DNA from: Vezdaea acicularis
Lineage: Eukaryota
Direction: 5' to 3'
Length of the DNA stretch: 64,000 nucleotides
NCBI GenBank assembly: GCA_026025075.1
Contig: JAPEUI010000014.1
Span: forward strand, 124,001-188,000
The number at the start of each line of letters is the position of its first letter. Position 1 is the stretch's first letter. Below are positions 23,272 to 34,900 of this stretch, one piece after another. Below the pieces are notes generated by a model. That model saw only the letters and a list, made by a program, of their open reading frames with translations. It was not told the DNA's origin and did not search any database. A program made the position numbers and the translations under genes.

Positions 23272-24501
23272 CTAAACAGCACTATAACCCCCTCTCGATC
23301 CCGGCCCTTGAAGCGTTTGCGCCACCCTCCTGCCCAAATCCCGAAGGATGTACGGTACGTCTCTGATAGTATCGCCGTGGGGCAGTAAGTCCCATCTTTG
23401 CATAGCGGTATCAGCAATGCACAAACTTGGAGGAATTTGTCGGAAATGTAAGATAGAAGTACTCACCCTCGTGCCCCATACCTATTATAATTCAACCAGC
23501 TCCCGAATATCAAATACGCCGCCGTCCCCATGAATACTACAATGACGATCCATGTGAAAAATCCCCAATGCGCACTGCTACCACTCTCTTCATCCCCGTT
23601 GCTAGCTCCCTCACAAGCATACTTTGTGCGCCATTCGAGACGAAGCTGGTCCATGTTCATCTCTTTGCCGCCGCTGGGTGGGCCGTACCCAATAAATTTT
23701 AGTGATCTATCCTTATTAGCATCCGGGTTATCCTTTTCATCATCGCCGCCCCCTTCGTCGTCATCCTCGGGATCGTCCTCGGGATCATCCTCGTCCCTTT
23801 TGCTTTTCCGGCCTCGACTCCATGCATCGAACCGCACCGTACTTTCCTCCCAGTCTTCCAAACCTGTCCGCCCTTTGTCACAGATAAACTCAATGATCGC
23901 TTGTTGCTTTCGCTTCGTCTTCTTGCCTTCTGCGTCCTCGACGTCTTTCGAGCCGCCATTCATCGTCACTCGTACGCCTTCACGTTCGACATCCTTGTGG
24001 GAGGATGAGCTACTGAAAAGTTCCCATTTGGCGTCCAGCCGACCACCAGCGTCCATTGAATAGTCGCCCGCTATCTCAATCACGCTTTCTAGGGTCGACC
24101 CTCCATTATGCTCGACGTACTCCGTTCCACAGACTAGGAGAATTAGATCTTGTTAGTACTGAAGCTTGGTTCCAAGATTGCCTCGACGTATTGCTGAAAA
24201 TATTCGTATTGGATGAATGGGTTTACTTACCCCAAGTGTTAGTCCTACAAAACTCGTCCTTCTTCAGCCCTTTTGGCCTCTTTAAAGTCCCGCAAATATC
24301 TAATGTGAAGGTCGTGTTATGGACACTGGGATGCTCCTTGACGGTATGACTTATGTTATGGGGGCCTTTGAGAGGCGAGAGGTCGAATTTAACGCCGTTG
24401 GTTCGGATGTCGTTGCAGGCATACGTCGAAGCTGATGTTAGAGTTACATGCAGGAGGATAGGAAGAAGAGGGAGGAAGGTTGGAGGCTCGGACAGCCGCA
24501 T
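23272..24501 (-). CDS. ATG27: Autophagy-related protein 27 (MRH domain, type I membrane protein)
   Basis: Signal peptide, FDLSPLKGPH, FTLDIC, IIEFICD, LRLEWRTKYACE, a TM segment, then YLIFGSWLNYNRYGARGWDLLPHGDTIRD and terminal RGGYSAV. Introns about 24230-24134 and 23466-23396. Confidence 0.93.
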
Positions 24502-24876
24502 GGCGAGGAGTACCAAAGATCTGTTCTTGGTCGTGGATATAAGGTGGTCAGAAAGACCGGCTTTTAAGGAAAGTTACGGGGTCGCGTGGATGATAAACCA
24601 ACTCTGAAGATGTGCTTGAGAAGTTGCGTACAGCTGCGCGGCTTTTCCCGATTCGTGGACAGATTTCGCTCGCCTGATTCGTCACAGGGGTAGCAAGAGA
24701 CATCAGAGAGTTCATGGACAGGTCATTTGATCGAGACAACTTTGCTAAAACATTTTACTTTATTTTCCCTGTGCACTAAGGTACTTGATCGCTATAACAG
24801 AGAAGTTTCGAGCCCATCATTTAGGAAGCGCCATATTCATCCAGCCATTTCCGCCCCCAACACCATACAATCTAAA

Positions 24877-27669
24877 TCATGAATCGTAGAGTTCCATATC
24901 TCGGTCTACGTCCTCCACCTCCGCCATGGCATCCTCTTCATCAATCATGCCATCTTCGTCCTCGAGTTCTGTGTCATGGTGATTCGGAAGGACTGACACT
25001 CTGCCATCATCCATAACCACACGAGCGACTTCACCATCTTTGATCGAGCCTCGAAGCATCAAAACTGCGAGACGATTAAGCACCTCTTTCTCGATGAGGC
25101 GAGATAGAGGTCTTGCACCGTATGCTGGAGAGTAACCAGCGCTGCCAAGATAGTCTCTGACCTCTTCTGTTGTCTGAATACTGACTTGCCGACCATTCTG
25201 CTCCAAACGTTTTTGAATTTCGCCCAGCCGGACATCGACAATCTTACGGATCTCACGCCGAGTGAGTCTGTTGAAGATTACGATACTCGATATACGGTTG
25301 AGAAATTCCGGTAGGAAGTAATTTCGAAGGGCGTTCATAACCATCTCTCGCGTTGTTGGATCGATTCGGCCGTCAGGTGCGTTCTGCCTTGCTAAGTATT
25401 CAGCTCCAAGGTTGGAGGTCATGACGACGATACAATTGCGAGCATCCACCACACGGCCTTGACCATCTGTAATGCGTCCATCGTCCATAAGTTGCAGAAG
25501 GACTGTCAAGACTTCTTTCGCAGCCTTCTCCACTTCATCAAATAGGAGGATAGAGAAAGGGCGACGACGTAGATTTTCGGTAAGCTGACCTCCAGAATCG
25601 TGGCCCACATATCCAGGAGGAGCACCGATCATGCGGCTGAGAGAGTGCCGTTCCTGGTATTCTGACATATCGAACCGGATCATCGCTTTGGGATCATCAA
25701 AGAGGAACTCTGCTAGAGCCTTCGTGAGGAGAGTCTTTCCTGTACCTGATGGTCCGCAGAACAGGAAACTAGGAGGCTGATTCGGATTACTAAGGCCAGA
25801 ACGCTGAAGTCGAATAGCGTTAGAGACTGAGCCGACTGCTTCTTTTTGACCGACGACGATTTTGCTGAGATACTTCTCCATTTGGAGGAGTTTCTCTTTT
25901 TCCGTTGTCCTTAGTCTAGTGACGGGGATTCCGGTCCATCTGGCAACAATTTCGTTTATTTGCTCTGGCCCAACAACATCAGCTAATAAAGCTGCTCCGC
26001 CTTCAGGGCCGTTGCGTGTATAGAGTGCTCGTTCTGCGTCGGCTTTATCAGTCTCGAGCCGCATGATGTATTTGGTAAGCTCCGGGATGGCGCCTGTCTC
26101 AATATCTGACACGGTGGCATAGTCTCTCCTCCGGTCTGCGTCGTCTCTTTTGACTTTTAGCCCATCAAGTTTCAACTTGGCTTCTTGAATGTCCTTAACA
26201 CGTTGCTTTTCGCTCTCATACTTCTCCCGCAGGGGCTTCAGCTCTTCCTCGACATTGGCTGCTTCCTGCTTTGCTTGAGCAAGACGTACTTTTGCCTGGT
26301 CGTCCTTTTCCCGTTCGAGCGCATGAATCTCGATTTGCAATTGACGATGTTGACGTTCAAGTGTATCTAAAGCCTCCGGCTGGGATTCTCTTGTAACTCT
26401 TACGGCGGCTGCTGCTTCGTCAATAAGATCAACAGCTGAGTCAGGTAAGCGTCTGGCTGTTAAGTACCGGCCAGCAAGAGTTGCTGCTGCAACAATAGCG
26501 CCGTCTGATATGTTCACGCCGTGGTGTACTTCGTAACGCTCTTTCAGCCCTCGAAGGATAGAGACTGTCTCTGGTATTGAAGGCTCTTTGACCAAGACTT
26601 GCTGAAATCGGCGCTCGAAAGCTGCATCTTTTTCAATGTATTTCCGGTATTCCGCTAGGGTAGTCGCGCCAATGCAGTGGAGCTGGCCTCGAGCCAACAT
26701 CGGCTTTAGCAAGTTAGCGGCATCCATGCCGCCGTCTCCGCTTGACCCTGCACCCATAAGTAGATGCATCTCATCAACGAATAATACAATTGTTTCCTTG
26801 GAATCTTCAATCTCTTTGAGTACGCCCTTCATTCGCTCTTCAAATTCTCCTCTGAACTTACTTCCAGCGACTAGGGAGCCGACATCGAGGGACAGAAGTT
26901 TGCAGGCTGCAAGGTTCGCGGGAACGTCAGCGTTAATGATTCTAGTCGCAAGACCCTCGACGACTGTGGTCTTTCCCACACCAGGCTCCCCTATGAGAAC
27001 GGGATTGTTCTTTGTTCGTCGTGAAAGGATCCGAACAACCCTTCTAATCTCCTCTTCACGACCAATGACAGGGTCGATCTTCCCCTCTCTGGCTAATGCT
27101 GTCATGTCAATCGTGAATTTCTTGAGGTTTTCGTTCTCTTCTTCAGCATCCGCTGTCTTAGAGTCAACTCGTTTTGTCCCACGGATCGACTGGACCGCAT
27201 CTTGGACGAGTTTAACATTTGGTATATTCGCTTCCGCTAATGGTCTCTGAATCGAAGAGTCCTGAACTAGGGATTGTATGAGGTGATCCACAGCAATGTA
27301 ACTATCTTTTTGTGTTTTTTGTAGCTCATTGGCCGCTCTCAGGAGTTTCGAAAATGAAGGAGCCAGTCCAACGTGTTCTGGAGGGGGATCTTGACTGGGC
27401 AACCTGACCAGGGCCCTTTTTAAAGCTCGGTCGAGTAATTGAGGGTCGCCATGTGCTCTCTCGACAACTTGCCGGAAAAGCGGGGCAGAAGCTGAGGCGT
27501 GAGAGGCATGGCCTGTGGTCTGTTGTTGCTCCTGTGACTCCGGAGGATCGAGTAACGAGACTGCGAGGTGTAGTGGTAGGAGTTGCGATTGTGCGTATTG
27601 GGTCGCTAGGTCATGAGCGTCTGCCAGGGCCTTTTGCGCTTTATCCGTGAATTGCATGTTCGAAGTCAT
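24877..27669 (-). CDS. HSP104: Cytosolic Hsp104/ClpB disaggregase, intronless
   Basis: 930-aa ORF with a Clp N-domain, two AAA+ modules (GEPGVGKT, GPSGTGKT), coiled-coil middle domain, IGAPPGYVG loop and acidic C-terminal tail. No mitochondrial presequence. Confidence 0.97.
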   Translation of the reverse strand: MTSNMQFTDKAQKALADAHDLATQYAQSQLLPLHLAVSLLDPPESQEQQQTTGHASHASASAPLFRQVVERAHGDPQLLDRALKRALVRLPSQDPPPEHVGLAPSFSKLLRAANELQKTQKDSYIAVDHLIQSLVQDSSIQRPLAEANIPNVKLVQDAVQSIRGTKRVDSKTADAEEENENLKKFTIDMTALAREGKIDPVIGREEEIRRVVRILSRRTKNNPVLIGEPGVGKTTVVEGLATRIINADVPANLAACKLLSLDVGSLVAGSKFRGEFEERMKGVLKEIEDSKETIVLFVDEMHLLMGAGSSGDGGMDAANLLKPMLARGQLHCIGATTLAEYRKYIEKDAAFERRFQQVLVKEPSIPETVSILRGLKERYEVHHGVNISDGAIVAAATLAGRYLTARRLPDSAVDLIDEAAAAVRVTRESQPEALDTLERQHRQLQIEIHALEREKDDQAKVRLAQAKQEAANVEEELKPLREKYESEKQRVKDIQEAKLKLDGLKVKRDDADRRRDYATVSDIETGAIPELTKYIMRLETDKADAERALYTRNGPEGGAALLADVVGPEQINEIVARWTGIPVTRLRTTEKEKLLQMEKYLSKIVVGQKEAVGSVSNAIRLQRSGLSNPNQPPSFLFCGPSGTGKTLLTKALAEFLFDDPKAMIRFDMSEYQERHSLSRMIGAPPGYVGHDSGGQLTENLRRRPFSILLFDEVEKAAKEVLTVLLQLMDDGRITDGQGRVVDARNCIVVMTSNLGAEYLARQNAPDGRIDPTTREMVMNALRNYFLPEFLNRISSIVIFNRLTRREIRKIVDVRLGEIQKRLEQNGRQVSIQTTEEVRDYLGSAGYSPAYGARPLSRLIEKEVLNRLAVLMLRGSIKDGEVARVVMDDGRVSVLPNHHDTELEDEDGMIDEEDAMAEVEDVDRDMELYDS

Positions 27670-27792
27670 GGCGGGCAGATTGCTGAAAGGACGACCGCTG
27701 TTGGGATGGTTTTATAGAAGTCGCAAAGAATTCTGTAAGAAGTGAAAGTGCATTGAGAGTAAAATATTCATGGGATGTTAGCTCCTTAGCTG

Positions 27793-27863
27793 AGGGGTTT
27801 TCGCAACTTGAAGCCTCGAGTGACAGTTCGAATCGCCTAGAATGTGCTGGCATAACCTCGAAA
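27793..27863. promoter_or_regulatory. Putative extended heat-shock element array plus STRE upstream of HSP104
   Basis: GAA at 27810, 27830, 27840 and 27860. G at every 10th base from 27810 to 27860 and C at 27807, 27817, 27837, 27847, 27857, matching the CnnG spacing of nGAAnnTTCn arrays. AGGGG at 27793-27797. Confidence 0.6.
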
Positions 27864-28203
27864 ATGACGTTCGTTGCGCTTGATGGCCTTACCCGTCAAC
27901 CGTAACTTGAGTAGGGTAGACTTTAAGCCCCATTAATGCAAGTAGTCCTCTTAGGTCTATTTGGAAAAAAACTAAGAAAATGTACTCAATTCGTTGTAAT
28001 AGGTCAGCATCATCCCACGTAGTGACCCGTTCAGAATAAGGTACGTATATATAATATGTAAACGTACGATCGCAATGCAAAGCAGTCTTATGATAGCAGC
28101 GCTTGACAGCAATACTACCAGGTGCCATGGCGACGTGCAACCTCTACGGATGACCTGGCTACACATGGACTCGCGACGCCAGAGCGTGCCATGTTGCCAA
28201 TCC

Positions 28204-30990
28204 TTAGGAAGTCGTCTTTGCAAATACGTATGAGATCCTGTTAGCCCCCTCCTTAAGGACGCTAGCAAGTACTTCATCGTCAATATCTTCCTCCATAATG
28301 CCCTCGCCACTCCGATTCGACAGGAGGGCAGACACACTGAAGTGCTTGAACTGCATTAATGACTTCATACTGCCGTTGCCTCTGGCCCGGCTAGCAAGCT
28401 CGTCTTCTTTAATCTGTTGTTCCTGAGCCGCCATATCAACTTGACTAGCTGGTATGGGCTTTGGATACATTGGCAGATCGGAGTCATCATCGTCGGTGTC
28501 ACTATCTTCGACCGTAGTGCATACGGGGCTCGGGACGTTGGTGGAAACTGGCGTCACCTGGCAGCTTCCTCTACCACCACACAAGCAGCCCAAGAGATCA
28601 TGGGTCTGGCATTGGCTTGTTGTATCCAGACTAAAGAGATCCATGAGTTCCGCGCGCGAAAAGGTCCCAGACGAGGATTTCTGATCCATCACTGAGTCCG
28701 CCAAACCTTGCTTCGTCACTTGTCTTTGATAAATCTTCTCGTCCATTGCTCCAGCGATCAAGAGCCTATATATCCTGACTGATCTTCGCTGCCCATCTCG
28801 ATGAATGCGAGCCATAGCCTGAATATCGATACTTGGATTCCAGTCCACGTCAAACAGGACAAGACGGGAAGCTCCAATAAGGTTGATACCTACTCCACCT
28901 GCTTTGGCCGAGAGGAGAAATGCGAAGAACCCGTGAGCGGAAGACCGGTTGAACGTATCAACAAGGTCTTGACGTTTTGATACAGGAGTGTTACCATCAA
29001 GTCTAAGGAATGACCATTCGTTAGCGTGGAGGTGTGATTGCAGCATATCGAGGGTGGATGTATAATTCGACACAAGGACCACTTTCTCATCGGTCGTTGA
29101 TCGTAGACGGTGAAGCAGACGATCGAGGACTCTAAGCTTTCCACTACAGAGCCCAGGGGCTGAGTGAATGATATCATGAGGTATCACGGCCGAAAGCGCC
29201 GCCATAACAGCATTTTGCTGATCTTCTGAGTCCTTTTGAGCAAGTAAGGTTGGTGAGTTACATACTTTCTTCAACAGGCCAATGAGCTGCAATGAAGCTT
29301 CTGAGCTGCCAAGAGCCTTTCCGAATATCGGAGAACCTAGGATTGTCCGGTATACATCCGATTGAGCTTGAGTAGGCCTACAAAATATCACTGACTCAGT
29401 CTTTGGGGGTAGAAACTTGGCGATTACATCAGCCGTGCGCCGGAGGATGAATACTCTGGTCAAATCAGCAAGATCTTGATTCCTCTCCTCGCCCTTCTCA
29501 AGCTCCTTCGAAGTGGCTTCCGGTTGCCTGCTCCTGATAATAGGCCCTTCAAAGTCTCTTCTAAATACATTATATTTACCTAGAAGGCCGGGGTTGATGA
29601 GGTCAACCATAAAGTAGAATTCCGAGAGATCGTTCTGGATAGGGGTACCAGATAGGATTATTCTTCGATCGGTAGCTAAAGATGAGATCGCTTGAGCAGA
29701 CTTGTTCTTCGCTGTCTTCAGTCGATGGCCCTCATCCATGATAACGATGTCCACGGAATCCTTAAGCTCATCCTGGACATTTCGAAGTTTTTCATAACCG
29801 ATAATCATAACGCTATTAGACCTACCCTTCGTAAAGTCTCGGATGTTGAAAGTCTTGCCATCAGCAACAAAAACACCAATACGTTCCCTTCCCAGCCACT
29901 TACGGAACTCCTTGCGCCAATTGCTAATCAGAGTTACGGGGCAAACGATCAAGGCCTTCTTGATCACAGGAGGCTCGTCATAAATGGGATTCTGCTTCAA
30001 TAGAGTCCACAGAAGGGCGATAGTTTGAAGCGTCTTCCCAAGCCCCATCTCATCTGCAAGAATCGCGCCATTGCCAACGTAGGGCCGCAAGCCCATAACA
30101 CATTCGTAGAGAAACTTGACACCTACTCGCTGATGCTCACGTAGCGCGTCACAAAGCAGCGGATCGACCACCACGTCTACAATCTGCCTCCCTTTTGGAA
30201 CAGATCTCGGACGTTTCATCACTAGAGCCCCCTCCTGATCTGGGTCATGTCGCGGTGTCGGTTTCGGCCCAGCTTGTTTGGCCAGAACGTTAGTTGTGAT
30301 CATGGGGCTTTTGAAACTTTGCTTGGTAGCGGCGCTATAGGGCGCTCCAACATTCAAAGAGCGTCCCGGTTTCTCAGCCTCTTGAGCTTTCGATTTGATT
30401 GAGTAACGAGGTGCCTTAATAGGAGCTTTAAACTTGGGTTGCGTAATTTGTGCGTCGGGCTTAGCTTTATCGGGGTCCAGGAACGGTCGAGCCGCTAGGA
30501 AGTCGTCTTTTGAGATCATCGAGTCAACTTCGACATCTTTTCCGCCAATCGAGAGGCTGGAGCCAGGCAACAAGGGCTCTGTAAACTTCATCCTGCCCAT
30601 ATCTTTCCCTGATACGTCCCATAAGTGGACGACGCCTCCCCGCACAGAAAGTACGCCATCACCATCCCAAGTTTTGTGTTTTTTTAACGTAAACTTCCGC
30701 CATAAAACCGTGTAGTATCCTTCAATTCCTGTCTCCTGTATCGAATTAGGCTCTTCGAGGCTAGCTACATTCGGGACTCTAAATGGTGGTCTTCGTATGC
30801 CTAGAGAAGGTAGCAAGGGTACGGGCCTTTTGAACTTGGGGGAAACTATGGAGGTGCCCGATGAGTTATCATCGTTATGCTCTTGGTTGATTCGCCGCTT
30901 CTTGAGAGGAGGGTCGTCGGAAGCACCATCATTGTTAGATATGCGCTGTACTTTATTAAATTGTGGTGGCCGGAATGGCCTACTCAACAT
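28204..30990 (-). CDS. RDH54: Rad54-family SNF2 DNA translocase (Rdh54/Tid1/RAD54B)
   Basis: 928 aa. N-terminal WRKFTLKKHKTWDGDGVL (Rdh54-type), GAILADEMGLGKTLQ, DEGH, SGTPIQNDL, LLSAKAGGVGINLIGASRL, QAMARIHRDGQ and THDLLGCLC. Confidence 0.93.
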   Translation of the reverse strand: MLSRPFRPPQFNKVQRISNNDGASDDPPLKKRRINQEHNDDNSSGTSIVSPKFKRPVPLLPSLGIRRPPFRVPNVASLEEPNSIQETGIEGYYTVLWRKFTLKKHKTWDGDGVLSVRGGVVHLWDVSGKDMGRMKFTEPLLPGSSLSIGGKDVEVDSMISKDDFLAARPFLDPDKAKPDAQITQPKFKAPIKAPRYSIKSKAQEAEKPGRSLNVGAPYSAATKQSFKSPMITTNVLAKQAGPKPTPRHDPDQEGALVMKRPRSVPKGRQIVDVVVDPLLCDALREHQRVGVKFLYECVMGLRPYVGNGAILADEMGLGKTLQTIALLWTLLKQNPIYDEPPVIKKALIVCPVTLISNWRKEFRKWLGRERIGVFVADGKTFNIRDFTKGRSNSVMIIGYEKLRNVQDELKDSVDIVIMDEGHRLKTAKNKSAQAISSLATDRRIILSGTPIQNDLSEFYFMVDLINPGLLGKYNVFRRDFEGPIIRSRQPEATSKELEKGEERNQDLADLTRVFILRRTADVIAKFLPPKTESVIFCRPTQAQSDVYRTILGSPIFGKALGSSEASLQLIGLLKKVCNSPTLLAQKDSEDQQNAVMAALSAVIPHDIIHSAPGLCSGKLRVLDRLLHRLRSTTDEKVVLVSNYTSTLDMLQSHLHANEWSFLRLDGNTPVSKRQDLVDTFNRSSAHGFFAFLLSAKAGGVGINLIGASRLVLFDVDWNPSIDIQAMARIHRDGQRRSVRIYRLLIAGAMDEKIYQRQVTKQGLADSVMDQKSSSGTFSRAELMDLFSLDTTSQCQTHDLLGCLCGGRGSCQVTPVSTNVPSPVCTTVEDSDTDDDDSDLPMYPKPIPASQVDMAAQEQQIKEDELASRARGNGSMKSLMQFKHFSVSALLSNRSGEGIMEEDIDDEVLASVLKEGANRISYVFAKTTS

Positions 30991-31035
30991 CTTCCTAGGT
31001 CATCAATGTTAAATGGACATCGGGTGTCATTGGGG

Positions 31036-31075
31036 AACGCGAGTCTGACTAGCGGAAACGCGACTAAATCGCGAA
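31036..31075. promoter_or_regulatory. Cluster of three MCB/SCB-like CGCG elements upstream of RDH54
   Basis: AACGCGAG (31036), AAACGCGAC (31056) and TCGCGAA (31069), 45-85 bp upstream of the RDH54 ATG. Confidence 0.5.
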
Positions 31076-31978
31076 GTCAGATGCCCTGAAAGCCAAAAGC
31101 CAAGCATCGATTTCAATATATACATATGCGTTGTTTGATTTTATGCGATTCATCTTTGGTGCCGTTGCATCATTTCAAGATAAATGCCCGTAAATTTCAA
31201 AGGACTTTGTTACAAAACACCCATCAGAACATGATCTGCGAACAATGGTCAAGATGCGTTATTGATTTCCCCAGGTTTGGGTTACTGAAATTCTTAGATT
31301 ATCCTTCCGGTTTTAGAAAACTTGACCACCACCTCCAAAAAAACCCCTCAATGAATAGGCCCTCTGTGGCATCACAGCTATATTATGCTCCCTTATGACA
31401 AGTAGTTACACTGCCTGGAAGTTTTCTCTTATCAGATATTACGTTCGGTCACCGCCCGTTACTATCCACACCGCACCAAACTCTCCGCTGCCACACCACT
31501 TACATCACCAATTAGAGCTGAAACTTATGCCCCTATATGTTCCCGCGGTGCCTACGCTAGAAGAGCTAGAAATTTTCTGTTCGGGGACTTACCGTGATGG
31601 GCGTCAAGCAGGCGTCTGCCGCCAACCTTAAATTGGCCGCTGACAACGTGGGATTGCAAACATGTGTCCGAGCTTATCACATTAGTGCAAAGTTCAAATA
31701 TGGGGATCCATCGATTATTTGACCTTTCGTTCTGCAGGTCGGCACAAACCCTGCTGCATACTAGGAGGCGCATTGCAGGAACGGGAGAGAACGTAAGGTA
31801 CCATAGATGTACAGAGAAGTTTCGCGCCAACGCCGTTTTCCTAACACCAGGCGTCCCTTACATGCCCCATGAAAACCCTAGATCTCTATGAATTCCCTCG
31901 TCCTGTATCTGCCAATCATTTCTAGGAAATTCATTGAGCCTTGCCCGTCCTAAGACACCCTTGCAATCATTATTAAAA

Positions 31979-34900
31979 TCAATATCTATTCTTCCCAACC
32001 AGGCCGAACGTCCAAGTCGTCACAGCTTCCGTTTTCATCTGCAACCTTGTTAGTGTACGGCCCATAATGCAGATCACACAGGACGAGGAGACTTACCTGC
32101 AGCATATACACCTTAGTCGTCCCACCCACACCTCCAACGGCTCTAACCTGTCCGACCTCCCCGTTTGGACCTACAGTCTCTACCCACACACTCAGCGCGA
32201 TGCCTGTGCGCCCGATACGCTCAAAGCAATTCTCTCCGAGACAAACGTCGAGCAGTGTGACGCCTGGAGCTTTGCCAGTTACTAAGATACGCTTCTCCTC
32301 GCCCGTTGCACCGTAAGTGTTTTCCCTCCAGCCTGGAGGGGGTAGCGTGACGGTGAGGCGGGCGTGGCCTTTGTCTTCCCAATTGGAACCAGCGCCGCGT
32401 TCGTAAAGTCGACATTTCTGATTGGTAACGCTGATAGAGTTCGCTTCGTTGGCCTCGATTGATGTGGTAGGTCTTGAAGAATCGTTCTGGCTGGAGTCGG
32501 AGGAGGAGTATTGACTATTGGAGCCACTTTCCAGTCTCGAACCCACCGTGCTTCTCGAGAAATTGAACCTGTTCTTTCGCCCGAAGTGCTTCAATGCAGA
32601 GAACGCGGTTCCCAATGTATTCACACTACTATCCGTCGGTGCGATGCTGGAAGGTCGATTTGTGCTGGGAGCGCGATAACTACTACGGCTCGATCCCCAA
32701 CCCCAGCTCCACCCTTTTCCTCGCTGCACGGAGTTAGCGCGTTGGAAGGAGCTGCCGTTGCCCTGACTTGTACGACGAGCTTGTTGTAACGCGAGAAAGG
32801 TAGGGTTATTGAGGCGAGACTGGTTGACGAAGTTGTAGAGAGCAAAACATTCGTCACCAGTGCGCGAGCGGAGCATGACGTATTTGCCGGATTTGACCTT
32901 TGACCGTGGAAGTGCAGGAGAACGGATCTCAATATCGAGGCCAATGCTACGCCGAATTGGCACGTAGGGCGTCAAAGCAACGGCGATCAGGGGCTGTTGG
33001 TCTTGGAATGGATCTGAACCCCCGTCACTCAAAGGAGGAGGAGTCTTAGAATGAGCCGCGCTCATTTCGAAAACTTCAATCAAGCCGGGTTTGACAATAA
33101 CACTACACTCATCGGGGTGAAGCTTATACCAGAGACCCTTGCTGTCATCCCATGAAGAGACAGACGCAATAGCTCGTGCTGCTTTGATTGGTACTGAGGG
33201 TACTGCCCTGTATGGCGCTTGAGAAGCTGACTGAGAGGGAGTGATGGTCTCTGGTGGCGAAGCCGTCAGGCCTTGCTGCGAGAGTTTGTTCAATCGTTGA
33301 ATACTGTTCAGAGGTACAAGTGGAGTTGGTACATCGTCATCTTCGAGCTCGTCATCTACTTCTGAGAGTTGCGTGTCATCACCTCCTTCAGACGCGGAGT
33401 CTTCTGATGCAGACGATGAGGATGCCGACGATGGCGCGTACTCATGCTTCAATGGAGAAGATGAACGACGATGCTTTGGAGTTGACTGCGCAGACGCTGG
33501 AGACCCCAGCTTTGGTACTTTTGAAAGTTTGAGAGGTTTCCCCTGCGGAGGCGACGAAGAATGAGGAGGTGGTGGAGGAGCAACATCATCCTTTGGAGAG
33601 CTAGGCTCTTTCTTTTCGAAACCTGGTCTTTTCCTGAGCTTATTTTGAGACCTTTCCTTCGGCGTCACAGGAGTCGCAAGCGAAGATGTGCACTCAAAGT
33701 CCTCTTGAGCAACTGGCTCTGGTGCTGGTGGTAGGCTTTGTCTCCGAGCCTTTGGAATAATAGGCAAATCAAGCGAAGGGACAGATGATGTCCTCCTGTG
33801 GGTGGTTGTGTCCAAGCGAAGAGATGGATGTATATCCGTCGTGATGATAGATTCTTTGGGAGGCGTTTCGATTTCCTTTGTCTGATTGGATAGATTGGAG
33901 TCGTCAATCCCTGAAGATTCATCTGGTGGTATACTTGTACTACGGTCAAAGGTACTAGAGGGTCCATCGGAACCACCGAAAATGTTCTGGCTTAAACGTT
34001 TCAATGATGGTAGCGTACCATCACTAGCCCGAGAGTACTTCCTGGCTCTTTGGCGACGTAAAGGTGTCGTTGGGCTTGCGCCAGACGGCGGTGTTGCCTC
34101 ATTCACAACACTAGGCCTTGAGATATCTTGTAGGTTATTGGTACTTTCGTATGCTGTATTCAGGGGCTCTTGAATACCCTTCTGGTCTTGTCTTGTGGGT
34201 GTCTCAGGCTGGAAGTCTTGAAGAGGTTTTGCTAGCACGACAGCTTGCTCGCCAAAAGGAACTTCAATCTCTCGAGGACTGGGGGTTCTTGAACCATTCG
34301 GTGTTGTTGGTGTTGCGAGCGTCAATGCTGTTTCAGGCGCAGACTTCCGTCGGTCACGCCGAGCGACAAAAGACAGCGATCTCTCTATCCTGGGAGGTAT
34401 AGGCACAAGACCTAGCATCTGGACCCATTCAAAGCCGACTTGCTCATCATCAGTCTGTAAGGACAGCAGTTCCTGCCAGGTTTGGCCGGTGCTATGCGTC
34501 CCACGAATCATGACGATGATTTCACCTTCGAGATCCCCATTTCTCGCAGATATTTCGCTGTGCAAGACAGGAGGGAAAAGCAGCCAACGGTCAACGGCAT
34601 CAACCTCGCAAATAAGCACGTCTCCACCAGCCCCTTGCTCGTGTGCGTTGTCGCGGAACAAAAGCTCTACTCGGCAGTCTAAACGCTGGCCACTGGAATG
34701 CTGCATCTCCAAATTGAAGTAGTCGCGAGCACGAACTCTCCTGGTGCGGTCAATTCTAACATTGTTCGTAGGAGCGAGGCTCTTAAGATCACGGGATCTC
34801 GTCGGGTCAATATTCGAAGCTGCCTCGTCCTCAAGTCTTGCCCGCTCTTCGTTAGAACGTACACGAGCGTCCGCTACAAGAGACTCATAGATCTCGGTCA

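Noticed and set aside
26636..27250. Long antisense ORFs opposite HSP104 (and similar ones opposite AAH1, the TF, ATG27, LHS1 and others)
   Set aside because: These are shadow frames produced by the codon bias of the real genes.
27824..27840. GTTCGAATC, similar to a tRNA T-loop/B box
   Set aside because: There is no T-stem or cloverleaf around it, and it is better explained as part of the HSE array.
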